From assembly GCA_032127745.1 (NCBI GenBank), contig JAQBHL010000041.1, positions 10,230 through 74,229 of the forward strand: a stretch of DNA of 64,000 nt, read 5' to 3'. The notes beneath the pieces are model-generated. The model was not told where the DNA came from, searched no databases, and saw only the letters and a program-made list of their open reading frames with translations. The first letter of the stretch is position 1; every line of letters begins with the position of its first letter. The stretch is from Acidobacteriota bacterium. Its GTDB lineage: Bacteria; Acidobacteriota; Vicinamibacteria; Fen-336; JAGNNV01. Positions 35,600 to 49,899 of this stretch are shown here, one piece after another. The position numbers were made by a program, and so were the translations under genes.

Positions 35600-37006
35600 A
35601 TGGCTTCTTCGCTCCGGGCGGTCGTGCTGGCGGCCGGAAAAGGTACGCGAATGAACGCCGCGCTGCCCAAGGTACTCCACCTCGCGGCCGGGCGACCCTT
35701 GCTCCACTACACGTTGGATCTGTGTGAACAGATCGAGGCCGGCACCGTCGTGGTGATTGGGCACGAGGCGGCCGCCGTCCAGGCGGCCTGCGCGGGGAGA
35801 ACGAACCTCTCCTTCGTGACCCAGGAACCGCAACTGGGTACCGGTCACGCGGTTCAGGTCGCGCTGGCGGCAATGACCGCCGACCTCGGGACCGGCGTGC
35901 TTGTTCTGGCTGGAGATGTTCCCCTTCTCCGCAAGGAGACCCTGCGCGCCTTGTGTTCGATCCGAGAGAAGTCCGGGGCGGCCGCCGCGTTGATCTCCTT
36001 CCGTACATCCTCGCCCGCCGCCTACGGTCGGGTGGTCCGCGACGCTCAAGGCGGCGTCTCACGCATCGTCGAGGCCCGGGACGCGACGGCCGAGGAGTTG
36101 CTGATTACGGAAGTCAATGCCAGTGTCTACATATTCAACAGCCAGCGCCTGCTTGCGACCGTTCAGGGGTTGTCTCCGAACAACACCCAGGGCGAGTTTT
36201 ATCTGACCGACGTGGTCGGGCTGATGGTCGCCTCCGGGCACCGAGTCGAGGCCCTGATGCTGGACGATCCCGCCGAGGCGACGGGGGTCAACACCCTCGC
36301 GGAGCTTTCGGGCGTTGATACCGAGATCTATCGGCGGCGCGCCCTCGACTATGTATCCGCCGGCGTCTCGATCGAGCGACCGGATTCGGTCCTCATCGGC
36401 CCCGCGGTGCGTATCGCCCCGGGGGCGCGGATTCGAGCCTTCACCGTGCTCGAAGGGACGACGGTGATCGGGGTGGATGCGGTGGTTGGACCCTTCTGCC
36501 GGATCGAGGATTCGGAGATCGCCGCGGGCGCGGTGGTTCTGGATTCGTGCCTCATTCGACGCTCGAAGGTCTCGGCGGGCGCTTCCATTGGTCCTTTTGC
36601 CCACCTTCGCCCGGACTCGCTGGTGGGGGAGAACGCCAAGGTCGGCAACTTCGTGGAATTGAAGAAGACCATTCTCGGCCCCGGATCCAAGGCCCCGCAC
36701 CTTTCGTATCTGGGCGACGCCATCATTGGCGCAAAGGCCAACATCGGCGCCGGGTCGATCACCTGCAACTACGACGGCGAGGTCAAGAGCCAGACCACGA
36801 TTGAAGACGGGGCTTTCGTGGGCAGCAATTCGATCCTGGTGGCGCCGGTTACGGTCGGCCGCGGCGCCTACATCGCGGCGGGAAGCGTCATCACCAAAGA
36901 CGTGCCGGAAGGGGCCCTGGGCGTCGGACGCGCTCGCCAGGAGAACAAGGCGGGCTGGGCGAGCCGGCGAAGCCAGGAAATCTTGACCCGGCCAGGAATC
37001 AAGTAG
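35600..37006 (+). CDS. glmU: Bifunctional UDP-GlcNAc pyrophosphorylase / GlcN-1-P acetyltransferase
   Basis: AVVLAAGKGTRM.., C-terminal left-handed beta-helix hexapeptide repeats. Confidence 0.95.
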   Translation: MASSLRAVVLAAGKGTRMNAALPKVLHLAAGRPLLHYTLDLCEQIEAGTVVVIGHEAAAVQAACAGRTNLSFVTQEPQLGTGHAVQVALAAMTADLGTGVLVLAGDVPLLRKETLRALCSIREKSGAAAALISFRTSSPAAYGRVVRDAQGGVSRIVEARDATAEELLITEVNASVYIFNSQRLLATVQGLSPNNTQGEFYLTDVVGLMVASGHRVEALMLDDPAEATGVNTLAELSGVDTEIYRRRALDYVSAGVSIERPDSVLIGPAVRIAPGARIRAFTVLEGTTVIGVDAVVGPFCRIEDSEIAAGAVVLDSCLIRRSKVSAGASIGPFAHLRPDSLVGENAKVGNFVELKKTILGPGSKAPHLSYLGDAIIGAKANIGAGSITCNYDGEVKSQTTIEDGAFVGSNSILVAPVTVGRGAYIAAGSVITKDVPEGALGVGRARQENKAGWASRRSQEILTRPGIK

Positions 37007-37018
37007 AGGTCGAGGACT

Positions 37019-38881
37019 ATGTGCGGCATCGTTGGATACGTGGGCCCGCGCAATGCCACCCCTATCCTGGTGGACGGCCTGCGGCGGCTCGAGTATCGAG
37101 GCTACGACTCCGCGGGCATCGCGATACTGTCCGAGGGGCGGCTCGAACGTCGGCGGGCTCCGGGAAAACTGCGCCATCTCGAATCCGTGCTCGAATCAAT
37201 GCCGGTTTCGGGCCACATCGGAGTCGGACATACGCGTTGGGCCACTCACGGACGACCCAGTGAGGAAAATGCCCATCCCCATGCGGATGCGTCCAAGCAA
37301 CTCGTGGTGGTTCACAACGGCATCATCGAGAACTACCTGGAGATCAAGGAGCAGCTGAGCGCCACCGGGATCGTGTTCGAAACCGAGACGGACACCGAAG
37401 TAGTGGCCCACCTGGTCGCCTCGTACTACGAGGGTTCGCTCGAGCGGGCCACCGCCCGAGCGGCCCGGGACCTGCGAGGCATCTATTCTCTCGTCCTGAT
37501 GCACCTGAGCGAGCCCGAGCGTCTCGTGGCCACGCGTTTGGGACCGCCCCTGGTGATCGGTATTGGCGAGGGAGAACGCTTCTTCGCCTCCGATGTCCAG
37601 GCCCTTCTCGCCCACACCCGGCGTTTTGTCTTTGTCCCCGAGCAGACCGTGGCCGTGATCGAGGCGGACTCCATCCGGATCGTTGACGCCCAGGGTCGGA
37701 GCGTCTCTTTCAAGGAGGAAACGATCTCCTGGGATCCGGTTCAGGCCGAGAAGGGCGGGTACCACCACTTCATGCTCAAGGAAATCCACGAGCAGCCGCG
37801 GGCGGTGCGCGACACCCTGCTGGGGCGGATGAGTCTAGACACCGGGGATGTTCGGCTGGAGGAAATGGGGGCGGCGGCGATCGAGGCCATCGAGAAGGCG
37901 GAGCGGGTTCAGTTTCTCGCCTGCGGCACCAGCTGGCATGCCGGATTGATCGGCCAGTTCTTCATGGAGCAACTGGCCGGGGTCCCGGCCGCCACCGACT
38001 ATGCGAGCGAGTTCCGGTATCGCGATCCGGTCGTTTCCCCGGGCACGCTCGCGGTGGCCATCTCTCAAAGCGGCGAAACCGCCGACACGCTGGCGGCCAT
38101 GCGCGAAGCGCGCTCGCGCGGTGCTTCGGTGCTGGCCATCACCAACGTCGCGGGTTCGCAGGTGACCCGGGAGGCGGAGGGTGCGCTGCTGACCCACGCG
38201 GGCCCGGAGATCGGCGTCGCCTCCACGAAGGCGTTCACTGCCCAGGTGGCGGCGATCGCCCTGCTCGCGATCTTCCTTGGCCGTCGAAAGGGCGCCCTTT
38301 CGGCCGCTGCCGGACGCAATCTGCTGGCCTCGCTCGCCCGCATACCCCAGCTCATGGACCAGGCTCTTTCCTGCGCGCCGCACGTCGAGGACTTATCGCG
38401 CGGTCTTTTCAAGGCCTCGGATTTTCTCTTCCTGGGGCGCGGCGTGCAATACCCGATCGCGCTGGAAGGCGCGCTCAAGATGAAGGAGGTCTCGTACATT
38501 CATGCCGAAGGCTATCCGGCCGGAGAGATGAAGCACGGTCCCATCGCCCTCATCGACGAGTCGCTCCCGGTGGTGGCGTTGATTCCCCGGGGTCGCGGCT
38601 ACGACAAGATCCTGTCGAATGTTCAGGAAGTGAAGGCGCGCGGCGGCCGGGTGGTCGCGATCACCAACGTCGGGGACAACCACGTGCGAAAAACGCTGGG
38701 CGCGGACGACCTCGTCATCGAAGTGCCCGGGGTGGAAGTCGACGGCCTGGGCGTGAGTGATATCTTCTCCCCTTTTGTGACCGTGATTCCCCTGCAACTG
38801 CTGGCCTATCATGTGGCTCTTCGCGCTGGTCGTGACGTGGACCAACCGCGAAATCTGGCCAAGTCCGTGACCGTTGAGTAG
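37019..38881 (+). CDS. glmS: Glutamine--fructose-6-phosphate aminotransferase
   Basis: MCGIVGY.. Ntn-glutaminase domain, two SIS domains, C-terminal ..KSVTVE. Confidence 0.95.
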   Translation: MCGIVGYVGPRNATPILVDGLRRLEYRGYDSAGIAILSEGRLERRRAPGKLRHLESVLESMPVSGHIGVGHTRWATHGRPSEENAHPHADASKQLVVVHNGIIENYLEIKEQLSATGIVFETETDTEVVAHLVASYYEGSLERATARAARDLRGIYSLVLMHLSEPERLVATRLGPPLVIGIGEGERFFASDVQALLAHTRRFVFVPEQTVAVIEADSIRIVDAQGRSVSFKEETISWDPVQAEKGGYHHFMLKEIHEQPRAVRDTLLGRMSLDTGDVRLEEMGAAAIEAIEKAERVQFLACGTSWHAGLIGQFFMEQLAGVPAATDYASEFRYRDPVVSPGTLAVAISQSGETADTLAAMREARSRGASVLAITNVAGSQVTREAEGALLTHAGPEIGVASTKAFTAQVAAIALLAIFLGRRKGALSAAAGRNLLASLARIPQLMDQALSCAPHVEDLSRGLFKASDFLFLGRGVQYPIALEGALKMKEVSYIHAEGYPAGEMKHGPIALIDESLPVVALIPRGRGYDKILSNVQEVKARGGRVVAITNVGDNHVRKTLGADDLVIEVPGVEVDGLGVSDIFSPFVTVIPLQLLAYHVALRAGRDVDQPRNLAKSVTVE

Positions 38882-38896
38882 TTCCGAAGCCCTCTG

Positions 38897-41008
38897 GTGA
38901 GCTCCCTCGCGCTGAGCGCCGAGCAGCTCGCGGCGGTGCGTGCGACCCACGGGCCGACGCTCATCCTGGCCGGCGCGGGCAGCGGGAAGACGCGCGTCAT
39001 CACCGAGCGTGTGTCTTTCCTGGTGGCGGAGCTCGGGGTGGACCCGAGGAGCATCCTGGCCGTCACCTTTACCAACAAGGCTGCGGACGAGATGCGGCGG
39101 CGCGTCGAGGAGCGTCTGGGCTCGCGCGCGGCCTCTTCGTGGATCATGACGTTCCACGCTTTGTGCGTGCGAATTCTTCGCCGGCATCCGGAAGAGGCCG
39201 GTCTGCCGCGCCAGTTCGTCATTTACGATCAGGACGAGTGCCTGTCCCTGGTCAAGCGCGCGATCTCCTCTGTCGGCCTGTCTGACAAGACCTATTCCCC
39301 CCGCCGGGTCCTCTCCCTGCTGTCGATGCAGAAGAACGGCCGCCCCTACTCGGAAGCCGATGTCCGGGACTATCGGATCGAGGTCCTGAACGAACTCGCG
39401 GGGAGGTACAACGCCGGTCTTCGCGCGGCCAAGGCGGTGGACTTCGACGACCTGCTCGCCTTTTCGGCGCGCCTGCTCGAGGAGAGCGACGTCCTCGAAC
39501 GGGACTCGCAACTGGCCTTCCGCCACATCCTGGTCGACGAGTATCAGGACACGAACCGTCTTCAGTACCGGATCGTGCGCGCCCTGGCCACCACCCACCA
39601 GAACATCACCGTGGTGGGGGATGAGGACCAGTCGATCTACTCCTGGCGGGGCGCCGACATCAGGAACATCCTGGAGTTCGAGCGCGATTTTCCGGGGGCG
39701 TCGATCTTGCGCTTGGAGGAGAACTACCGCTCGACCCAGGCCATCCTCGACGCGGCCTCCGGACTCGTGGTCAGAAACGAGAATCGCATCGGCAAGACCC
39801 TGAGGGCGATGCGCCCGGGCGGAGCGCTGGTCGAGAGTCTGGTGGCCCGGGACGAGTACGAGGAAGCTTCGAAGGTGGCGACGGACATTCATCGGAAAGG
39901 GGACGGGCTCCGAATCGCGTGCCTGTATCGGATGAATGCACAGAGCCGGGCGCTCGAAGAGGCCCTGGCCGCGGTGCGGGTTCGCTACCAGGTGGTGGGT
40001 GCGGTCGGGTTCTATGCTCGTCGCGAGATTCGCGACTTGTTGTCCTATCTCCGGCTGAGCCTCAATGAGGACGATGATTCCGCTTTTCGCCGGGTGGTCA
40101 ACGTACCCCCGCGCGGGGTGGGCGAACAGACCCTCGGCGCCATCACCCTGGCCGCCCAGCGGCGCGGCGTTTCCCTCTGGAAGGGCCTGCTGGATGTTCT
40201 CGAGTCTTCGTCCCTGCCCGCCCGTACCCGGGGCGCCTTGGGCCGCTTCGTCGCTCTCATCGCCTCTCTCAAGGGCCTGGAGGAGACCCTCGGCCCGGGG
40301 GCGCTCGTCGATGCGGTGATTCAGCAGACCGGCTATGAGGCACTGATCGACGAGGAGCCGTCGCCGGCTCGGGAGGACCGACTGCAAAACCTCACGGAAC
40401 TGCGGCTCGCGGCCGCCGATTTCGAGGAACGTGAGGGCCTGGGCCTGCGGGAGTTTCTCGATCGCACGTTCCTGTTGGCCGACACCGACTCGATTCGCGA
40501 TGACGCGCCGGTCTTGCTCATGACCCTTCATGCCGCGAAGGGTCTCGAGTTCGACACCGTGTTTCTGGTGGGGCTGGAGGAGGGTCTGATTCCGCACCTG
40601 CGCGCGGTCCAGGATCCAGGCCAGATGGAAGAGGAGCGTCGCCTGTGCTATGTGGGCATGACGCGGGCCCGAAATCGGCTGGTTCTGACCCGCGCCCGTG
40701 AACGTTCCTACTTCGGAGATCGGAGGGTGACTTTGCCCAGCCGTTTTCTCTCGGAGATCCCTCCGGAGTGCTTCGACGGCCCCGGCCCGAGTCCGGCGCC
40801 AGCGCTTCCCCTGGCCGGCGAGGCGCGCTCAAACCAGCCCCCCACATTCCGCTTCAGGACCGGACAGAGCGTCATCCACGATCGTTTCGGCTATGGAACC
40901 GTGCTCCGGATCGAGGGCGCCGGGGAGGACGCGAAGCTCACCGTCTCCTTCCCGGGGCGGGGTGCGACCAGGCTCCTGGCGAGATTCGCCGGACTGAAGC
41001 CAGCCTGA
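38897..41008 (+). CDS. UvrD/PcrA-type ATP-dependent DNA helicase
   Basis: ..LILAGAGSGKTRV.. Walker A, ..ILVDEYQDTN.., ..TLHAAKGLEFD..; GTG start. Confidence 0.9.
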   Translation: MSSLALSAEQLAAVRATHGPTLILAGAGSGKTRVITERVSFLVAELGVDPRSILAVTFTNKAADEMRRRVEERLGSRAASSWIMTFHALCVRILRRHPEEAGLPRQFVIYDQDECLSLVKRAISSVGLSDKTYSPRRVLSLLSMQKNGRPYSEADVRDYRIEVLNELAGRYNAGLRAAKAVDFDDLLAFSARLLEESDVLERDSQLAFRHILVDEYQDTNRLQYRIVRALATTHQNITVVGDEDQSIYSWRGADIRNILEFERDFPGASILRLEENYRSTQAILDAASGLVVRNENRIGKTLRAMRPGGALVESLVARDEYEEASKVATDIHRKGDGLRIACLYRMNAQSRALEEALAAVRVRYQVVGAVGFYARREIRDLLSYLRLSLNEDDDSAFRRVVNVPPRGVGEQTLGAITLAAQRRGVSLWKGLLDVLESSSLPARTRGALGRFVALIASLKGLEETLGPGALVDAVIQQTGYEALIDEEPSPAREDRLQNLTELRLAAADFEEREGLGLREFLDRTFLLADTDSIRDDAPVLLMTLHAAKGLEFDTVFLVGLEEGLIPHLRAVQDPGQMEEERRLCYVGMTRARNRLVLTRARERSYFGDRRVTLPSRFLSEIPPECFDGPGPSPAPALPLAGEARSNQPPTFRFRTGQSVIHDRFGYGTVLRIEGAGEDAKLTVSFPGRGATRLLARFAGLKPA

Positions 41009-41066
41009 TCGCATCGGGGGGGCCGGAAGGGGCCCCCCTTGTCGAAGGTTCCGGCGTCGCGTGCGG

Positions 41067-41732
41067 CTACTGGGGGGTGATGGTCTGGATGAGCCAGCGG
41101 CTCATCACCTTGTTTCCCTGGCCGCCGGGCGCGACGTCGTACTTGCGGAGCTGGACCGTGTAGGTCTTGACCTCGCCGTCCGACTCGACCTCGACGGTTG
41201 CGCTGGACATCACGAGGTCGCCGGCCAGGCCATCCACAGCGCTGGTCTGCCCGGTGGACATGGTGACCAGTCGCTTTTCCCGGTCATAGGCGCTCTTGGC
41301 TTCCGCCGCCTTCGCCTTGAGCTCAATGTCCGCATCGTTGAATTTCTTCCACTCGTCTGCGGTCTTCTGGAGGTTGGCGGGCGCCGGTTTTCCGGCTTCG
41401 ACCAAGGGCTTGACCTTGTCGACTTCGAGCGGATGCGCGTTGAAGTAGGCGCTTGCTTCCTTCTTGTTCTCGGATACGGCTTCGTCGGCGGCCTTGAGGG
41501 CCTTGCTGAGGCTGCCGAGGGGGGCGGGCGATCGCTGCTCCTCGCCTACGCTCGTAACCTTCCAGCTCTGGACCTCCCCTTCGAACGGGATTATCGAGAA
41601 GCTCGAGACGGTCTCGGTGTCCTTCGCCTGAGTGGCTCGAAAGAAACTGTCGATAACCGTGGCTTCCTGGCTACCGCAGGCGATGGTGGCCACGACCGCC
41701 AGCGCTGTCAAACCGACATAGGACTTTTTCAT
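41067..41732 (-). CDS. Hypothetical lipoprotein
   Basis: Lipobox ..TIACGS..; Lys/Ala/Glu-rich. Its ATG overlaps the gyrA stop region. Confidence 0.6.
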   Translation of the reverse strand: MKKSYVGLTALAVVATIACGSQEATVIDSFFRATQAKDTETVSSFSIIPFEGEVQSWKVTSVGEEQRSPAPLGSLSKALKAADEAVSENKKEASAYFNAHPLEVDKVKPLVEAGKPAPANLQKTADEWKKFNDADIELKAKAAEAKSAYDREKRLVTMSTGQTSAVDGLAGDLVMSSATVEVESDGEVKTYTVQLRKYDVAPGGQGNKVMSRWLIQTITPQ

Positions 41733-44239
41733 GATTCGCTCCCTGGCGTTGCTGTTGGGGCCTCGTCTTCGGCCGTGTCACCTGTCTCCGCGGTTTCGTC
41801 CTTCTCGGCGAGGCGGGCGATGGAAACCAACTGGTCGCCATCGTCGGTCTGGATCAGGCGCACGCCCTGCGTGTTCCGGCCCATCGTCGAGATTTCGGTT
41901 GACCGCGTTCGTATGATCATACCCTTACCGGTGATCAGCATGACGCCCTCATCGCCGCTTATGAAAATCACTCCGATGACCGCGCCGTTACGGCCCTCGG
42001 TCTTGATGTTGATGATGCCCTTGCCGCCCCGGCCCTGGATTCGGTATTCCTCGACCGGGGTGCATTTTCCGTAGCCGTTCTCGCATACCGTCAACACCCG
42101 ACCCGACTCGCGGACCACCTCGAGCGACACCACCGCATCGCCTTCGTCGAGGTCGATGCCCTTGACCCCGTAGGCGGTCCGGCCCATGGGCCGTGCGTCC
42201 GTCTCTTCGAACCGGATGGCCATGCCTCCGCGGGTGCTCAGGAGCAGTTGGTCGGCGCCGGTGGTCTGAATGGCATCGATGAGCGCGTCGTCTTCCTCGA
42301 CCGAGAGGGCAATGATGCCGCCCGGCCTCGGTTTCGAGAATGAGGCCAGGGCGGTTTTCTTGATCACGCCCTTGCGGGTGGCGAGAACGATATGGCCCTC
42401 GGCCTGGAAATCCCGGCAGGCGACGAAAGCTGCGATCTTCTCGCCCTCCTGGAGGCGGACGAGGTTCACGGCGGCCTTGCCCTTGGCCCCGGGTCCCACG
42501 TCTGGAATCTCATGGACCTTGAGCCAGTAGAGCCTCCCCCGATTGGTGAAGATCAGTATGTAGGAATGGGTCGACGCCACGAACAGGTTCTCGACGAAAT
42601 CCTCTTCCTTGGTCTTCATCCCTACCCGGCCGCGGCCGCCCCGGCGCTGGCTGCGATAGAGGGTCATGGGGGTGCGCTTGATGTACCCCTCGTGGGTGAT
42701 GGAAATGGCCACGTCCTCGTCGGCGATGGTGTCCTCGATCGAAATATCGTCGGGCGCGTCGATCAGCTCGGTGCGACGTGGATCTCCGTGTGTTTCCTTC
42801 AGGCCCTTGAGTTCCGAAACCACGATCAGGTCGATCTCGCTCTTGCTGCCCAGGATGGTCTTGAGTCGCACGATGCTGGCCTCGATCTCCGCGAGCTCGC
42901 TAAGAATCTTCTGTCGCTCGAGGCCGGTCAGCCGCTGCAGTTGCAGCTCGAGAATCGCAACCGCCTGGATTTCCGAGAGTGCGAATCGTTCAATGAGCTG
43001 GCTGCGCGCCTCCTGGGGGGCGGGTGCTTCACGAATCAGTGCGATCACGGCATCCAGATTGTCGAGCGCGATCACATAGCCGCGCAGGACATGGGCCCGG
43101 GCCTCGGCCTTTCTAAGCTCGAACTCGATCCGGCGGCGAACCACTTCGCGGCGGAATCCAATGAAGTACTCGCAAGCCTGAAGAAGATTGAGCACCCGGG
43201 GCCGCCGGTGCACGATGGCGAGGAGAATGATCCCGAAGGTGTCCTGCAACTGGGTCTGCTTGTAGAGCTGATTGAGGATCACCTGTGCCGACTCGCCCTT
43301 GCGGATATCCACGACCATTCGCATGCCGCGCCGGTCGCTCTCGTCGCGAACCTCGGTGATCCCTTCGATCTTCTTCTCGCGCCAGAGCTCCGCGATCTTC
43401 TCGATGACCCGGGCCTTGTTGACCTGGAATGGAATCTCAGTGACCACGATGGATTCCTTGTCGCCCTTGCGCTTCTCGATCTCGGCCCGGGCCCGCATGG
43501 TGACGGAGCCGCGGCCGGTGCGATAGGCCTGACGGATTCCGCTCTTGCCGAGGATGTAACCCCCGGTGGGGAAGTCCGGGCCGGTGACGCGCTCGAGCAA
43601 ACCCTCGGTGCGCTCCTCGTCCGAGAGGGAGTGGTTCTCGATCAGGTAGACCAGACCGTCCACCACTTCGCCGAGATTGTGAGGCGGAATGTTGGTGGCC
43701 ATGCCCACCGCGATTCCCGAAGATCCGTTTACCAGCAAGGCCGGGAGGACGGTGGGCAGGACCGTCGGTTCTTCAAGGCGGTCGTCGTAGTTGGGCTGGA
43801 ACTCGACGGTTTCCTTGTCGAGGTCGGCCATCATGGCGGTGGCGATCCTGGTCAGCCGGGCCTCGGTGTAGCGCATGGCCGCGGGCCGATCCCCGTCCAC
43901 CGAACCGAAGTTGCCCTGGCCGTCCACCAGAATGGCGCGCATGTTGAACGGTTGGGCCATGCGGACGAGGGTGTCGTAGACCGCGGCGTCGCCGTGGGGA
44001 TGGTACTTGCCCATCACGTCGCCGACGATGCCGGCGCTCTTCCGAAAGGACCTCCCGGGGACGAGCCCCATTTCGTGCATGGTGTAGAGCACGCGACGGT
44101 TGGCGGGCTTCATGCCGTCGCGCACGTCTGGGAGGGCGCGGCCGATGATGACCGACATGGCGTAATCCATGTAGGACTGCTTCATCTCGTCGGCGATATT
44201 GACGGGGAGGGTGACGAGGGCGAAATCGTTTTGAGTCAT
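41729..44239 (-). CDS. gyrA: DNA gyrase subunit A
   Basis: ..[26 protein letters not shown].. and the GyrA-box region. Confidence 0.97.
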   Translation of the reverse strand: MTQNDFALVTLPVNIADEMKQSYMDYAMSVIIGRALPDVRDGMKPANRRVLYTMHEMGLVPGRSFRKSAGIVGDVMGKYHPHGDAAVYDTLVRMAQPFNMRAILVDGQGNFGSVDGDRPAAMRYTEARLTRIATAMMADLDKETVEFQPNYDDRLEEPTVLPTVLPALLVNGSSGIAVGMATNIPPHNLGEVVDGLVYLIENHSLSDEERTEGLLERVTGPDFPTGGYILGKSGIRQAYRTGRGSVTMRARAEIEKRKGDKESIVVTEIPFQVNKARVIEKIAELWREKKIEGITEVRDESDRRGMRMVVDIRKGESAQVILNQLYKQTQLQDTFGIILLAIVHRRPRVLNLLQACEYFIGFRREVVRRRIEFELRKAEARAHVLRGYVIALDNLDAVIALIREAPAPQEARSQLIERFALSEIQAVAILELQLQRLTGLERQKILSELAEIEASIVRLKTILGSKSEIDLIVVSELKGLKETHGDPRRTELIDAPDDISIEDTIADEDVAISITHEGYIKRTPMTLYRSQRRGGRGRVGMKTKEEDFVENLFVASTHSYILIFTNRGRLYWLKVHEIPDVGPGAKGKAAVNLVRLQEGEKIAAFVACRDFQAEGHIVLATRKGVIKKTALASFSKPRPGGIIALSVEEDDALIDAIQTTGADQLLLSTRGGMAIRFEETDARPMGRTAYGVKGIDLDEGDAVVSLEVVRESGRVLTVCENGYGKCTPVEEYRIQGRGGKGIINIKTEGRNGAVIGVIFISGDEGVMLITGKGMIIRTRSTEISTMGRNTQGVRLIQTDDGDQLVSIARLAEKDETAETGDTAEDEAPTATPGSES

Positions 44240-44264
44240 CGTTACTTCGCGGGTTGCGGTCTTT

Positions 44265-47895
<3,631 letters not shown>

Positions 47896-48154
47896 GGCCT
47901 GCTTTCCAAGAACCGATGGTTCCTTCTTCCTCTACTTGAGAACAAGAAGGAATAGTTATCAATTGAGATGAGAATGACGGTGTGATTGAGAATAGACAGA
48001 TGTCGTTTATTTTCAATCCGTTACGATATTCTAAACGATGTTGATTCATCTGTGAGTTTGTCGATGAAAACTGTTGGAACTTTGGGTTCCTTGCGCCATC
48101 CGGAATGAGGCGTTTTGAACTTGATGTGCAAAAAAAACGCTTCACTGGACAAAG
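47896..48154. other. Candidate oriC / DNA-unwinding element (AT-rich dnaN-dnaA spacer)
   Basis: A 259-bp region markedly AT-richer than its flanks, with A/T tracts (ttattttcaatcc, caaaaaaaacg) and degenerate DnaA-box-like 9-mers (TTATCAATT, TGTGATTGA). Canonical position between dnaA and dnaN. Confidence 0.4.
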
Positions 48155-49444
48155 CTATTTGAGAGAGGCAATAAGGCTGTTGAGGAGCCTGTCGAAATCG
48201 CTATCCGCCTTTCGGTCCGTCTCCACCTTTCGGATGGAGTGAATGACGGTCGAATGGTGTTTTCCGCCGAAGCCGCGTCCAATTTCCGGGAGCGAGGCGG
48301 TGGTGAGATGCTTTGAGAGATACATGGCAACCTGTCTCGGGATGGTGACGCTGCGAGAGTTGTTTCTGGCCTTGAGGTCTGAAATCTTCACCTTGTAGTG
48401 GTCGGCCACAAACTTCTGTACCGTCTCAATGGACAGTCTTTTCTCCGGGGCGTCCATGAGATCCTTCATGGCGGTCTGGGCGACTTCGATGTCGATGTCA
48501 ACGCCACGAAGGCTGGCGTGAGCCACTATTCGATTGAAGGCGCCCTCGAGTTCCCTGATGTTGGAACGGACTTTTGAGGCCACGAAAAGACCCACGTTGT
48601 CGGGCAGCATGATGTCTTCTGCGGCGGCCAGTCTCTGCAGGATGACGACCCGGGTCTCTATGTCGGGAGGACCCACATCAGCGGACATCCCCGAGGAGAA
48701 GCGACTCTGCATGCGCTCGTGCACCCCGGTCAGCATCTTCGGAGGAACGTCTGCGGAGATCACGACCTGCTTGCCGGCTTCATATAGGGTGTTGAAGAGA
48801 TGAAAGAACTCCTCCTGTGAGCGCTCCTTGTTGGATAAGAACTGAACGTCATCGATGACCAGAACATCGATCGCGCGATAACGCTGCCGGAAAGGAAGAA
48901 TGCGCTCATAGCGAATCGCGGAGACCACTTCGTTGACGAAGTGTTCGCTGGACACGTAGGTCAGGGTCAACTTTGGATTTCGCTTCAGCAGATAGTGGCC
49001 GATGGCCTGAAGCAGGTGCGTCTTCCCGAGACCTACCCCGCCGTAGATGAAAAGGGGGTTATAGGACTTCGAGGGTACTTCGGCCACCGCCTTCGCCGCG
49101 GCATGGGCCATCTGGTTCGATGCCCCCACGACAAAGGTCTCGAACGTGTATTTTGGGTTCAATGACGAAGCTTCGATGACGGGCAGAGACTCTGTCCCGC
49201 CGAGGATCTCCACGTCGCATTGGAGGCGCACATCCGCATGCCCGAGCCGGGTGAGCATTTCGGAAACCAGACTCGAGTAGTTCTTGAAGAACCAGTCTCG
49301 AAAGGGCGCGCTCGGAACGCTGATCGATAGCACGGACCCATCAAAGGCCCGGAAGGAGGTGGGCCGAAACCAGGTGACGAAGGAGTGCGAACTGACGCGA
49401 CCCTCCTTTTCGACAAGATCCAGGACCTGATCCCAAACGGTCAT
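48155..49444 (-). CDS. dnaA: Chromosomal replication initiator DnaA
   Basis: ..NPLFIYGGVGLGKTHLL.., ..DDVQFL.., C-terminal DNA-binding domain ..VTIPRQVAMYLSKHLT... Confidence 0.97.
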   Translation of the reverse strand: MTVWDQVLDLVEKEGRVSSHSFVTWFRPTSFRAFDGSVLSISVPSAPFRDWFFKNYSSLVSEMLTRLGHADVRLQCDVEILGGTESLPVIEASSLNPKYTFETFVVGASNQMAHAAAKAVAEVPSKSYNPLFIYGGVGLGKTHLLQAIGHYLLKRNPKLTLTYVSSEHFVNEVVSAIRYERILPFRQRYRAIDVLVIDDVQFLSNKERSQEEFFHLFNTLYEAGKQVVISADVPPKMLTGVHERMQSRFSSGMSADVGPPDIETRVVILQRLAAAEDIMLPDNVGLFVASKVRSNIRELEGAFNRIVAHASLRGVDIDIEVAQTAMKDLMDAPEKRLSIETVQKFVADHYKVKISDLKARNNSRSVTIPRQVAMYLSKHLTTASLPEIGRGFGGKHHSTVIHSIRKVETDRKADSDFDRLLNSLIASLK

Positions 49445-49659
49445 CGACTAGAAACCAAAGCTATCGTCAAAAGAAGGTGGATCAACCAGGGGAGCCCTTG
49501 AAAAGAGGCTCGGCAGTGGCAGAAATTCGCCCCGTGAAGGCTTCCAACGATAGCACGACCGCCCCCGCGAATCCGCCCGCAAAAGCGGTCGCTTTTGACG
49601 ATCCGGACAATACCCGATAACATCGTAGGTTCCACTTTTCGCAAGGACTCCATAAAACA

Positions 49660-49794
49660 GTGAAGAGAACGTTCCAGCCCAATAATCGTCGCCGAAGAAG
49701 GACTCACGGTTTCCTCGTCCGCATGCGTTCGCGGGGAGGAAGACTGGTGATCAAGAGACGCCGCGCCAAAGGCAGGCAGCGCCTGGGAGCATAG
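49660..49794 (+). CDS. rpmH: 50S ribosomal protein L34
   Basis: GTG-initiated 44-aa [47 protein letters not shown]. Not in the ORF track (under 60 aa); AAGGA lies about 12 nt upstream. Confidence 0.9.
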   Translation: MKRTFQPNNRRRRRTHGFLVRMRSRGGRLVIKRRRAKGRQRLGA

Positions 49795-49899
49795 AAACCC
49801 ATCACCGAGAATCCCCAGGCCGAGGGGGCGTTCAACCCCAGGAGTGCTCGATTCGGCCGCCACCGGCGGATCGGGAAGAGCGCGGAGTTTGGCCTCGTC

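Noticed and set aside
38393-40597. Long antisense ORFs opposite strongly supported genes (e.g. 38393-40597 opposite uvrD, 42392-44290 opposite gyrA, 50485-52212 opposite yidC, 59106-60776 opposite atpD, 61897-63582 opposite wzt, 14943-16151 opposite secD, 13096-14340 opposite tgt, 29780-30868 opposite the TPR gene, 36059-37177 opposite glmU/glmS)
   Set aside because: They have Arg/Gly/Pro-rich low-complexity translations typical of open antisense frames in high-GC DNA. Each lies opposite a gene with unmistakable family signatures.
41015-41045. GC-rich hairpin (GGGGGCC..GGCCCCC) between convergent uvrD and lipoprotein genes
   Set aside because: It is a plausible bidirectional terminator but lacks a U tract on either side, so it was not called as a feature.
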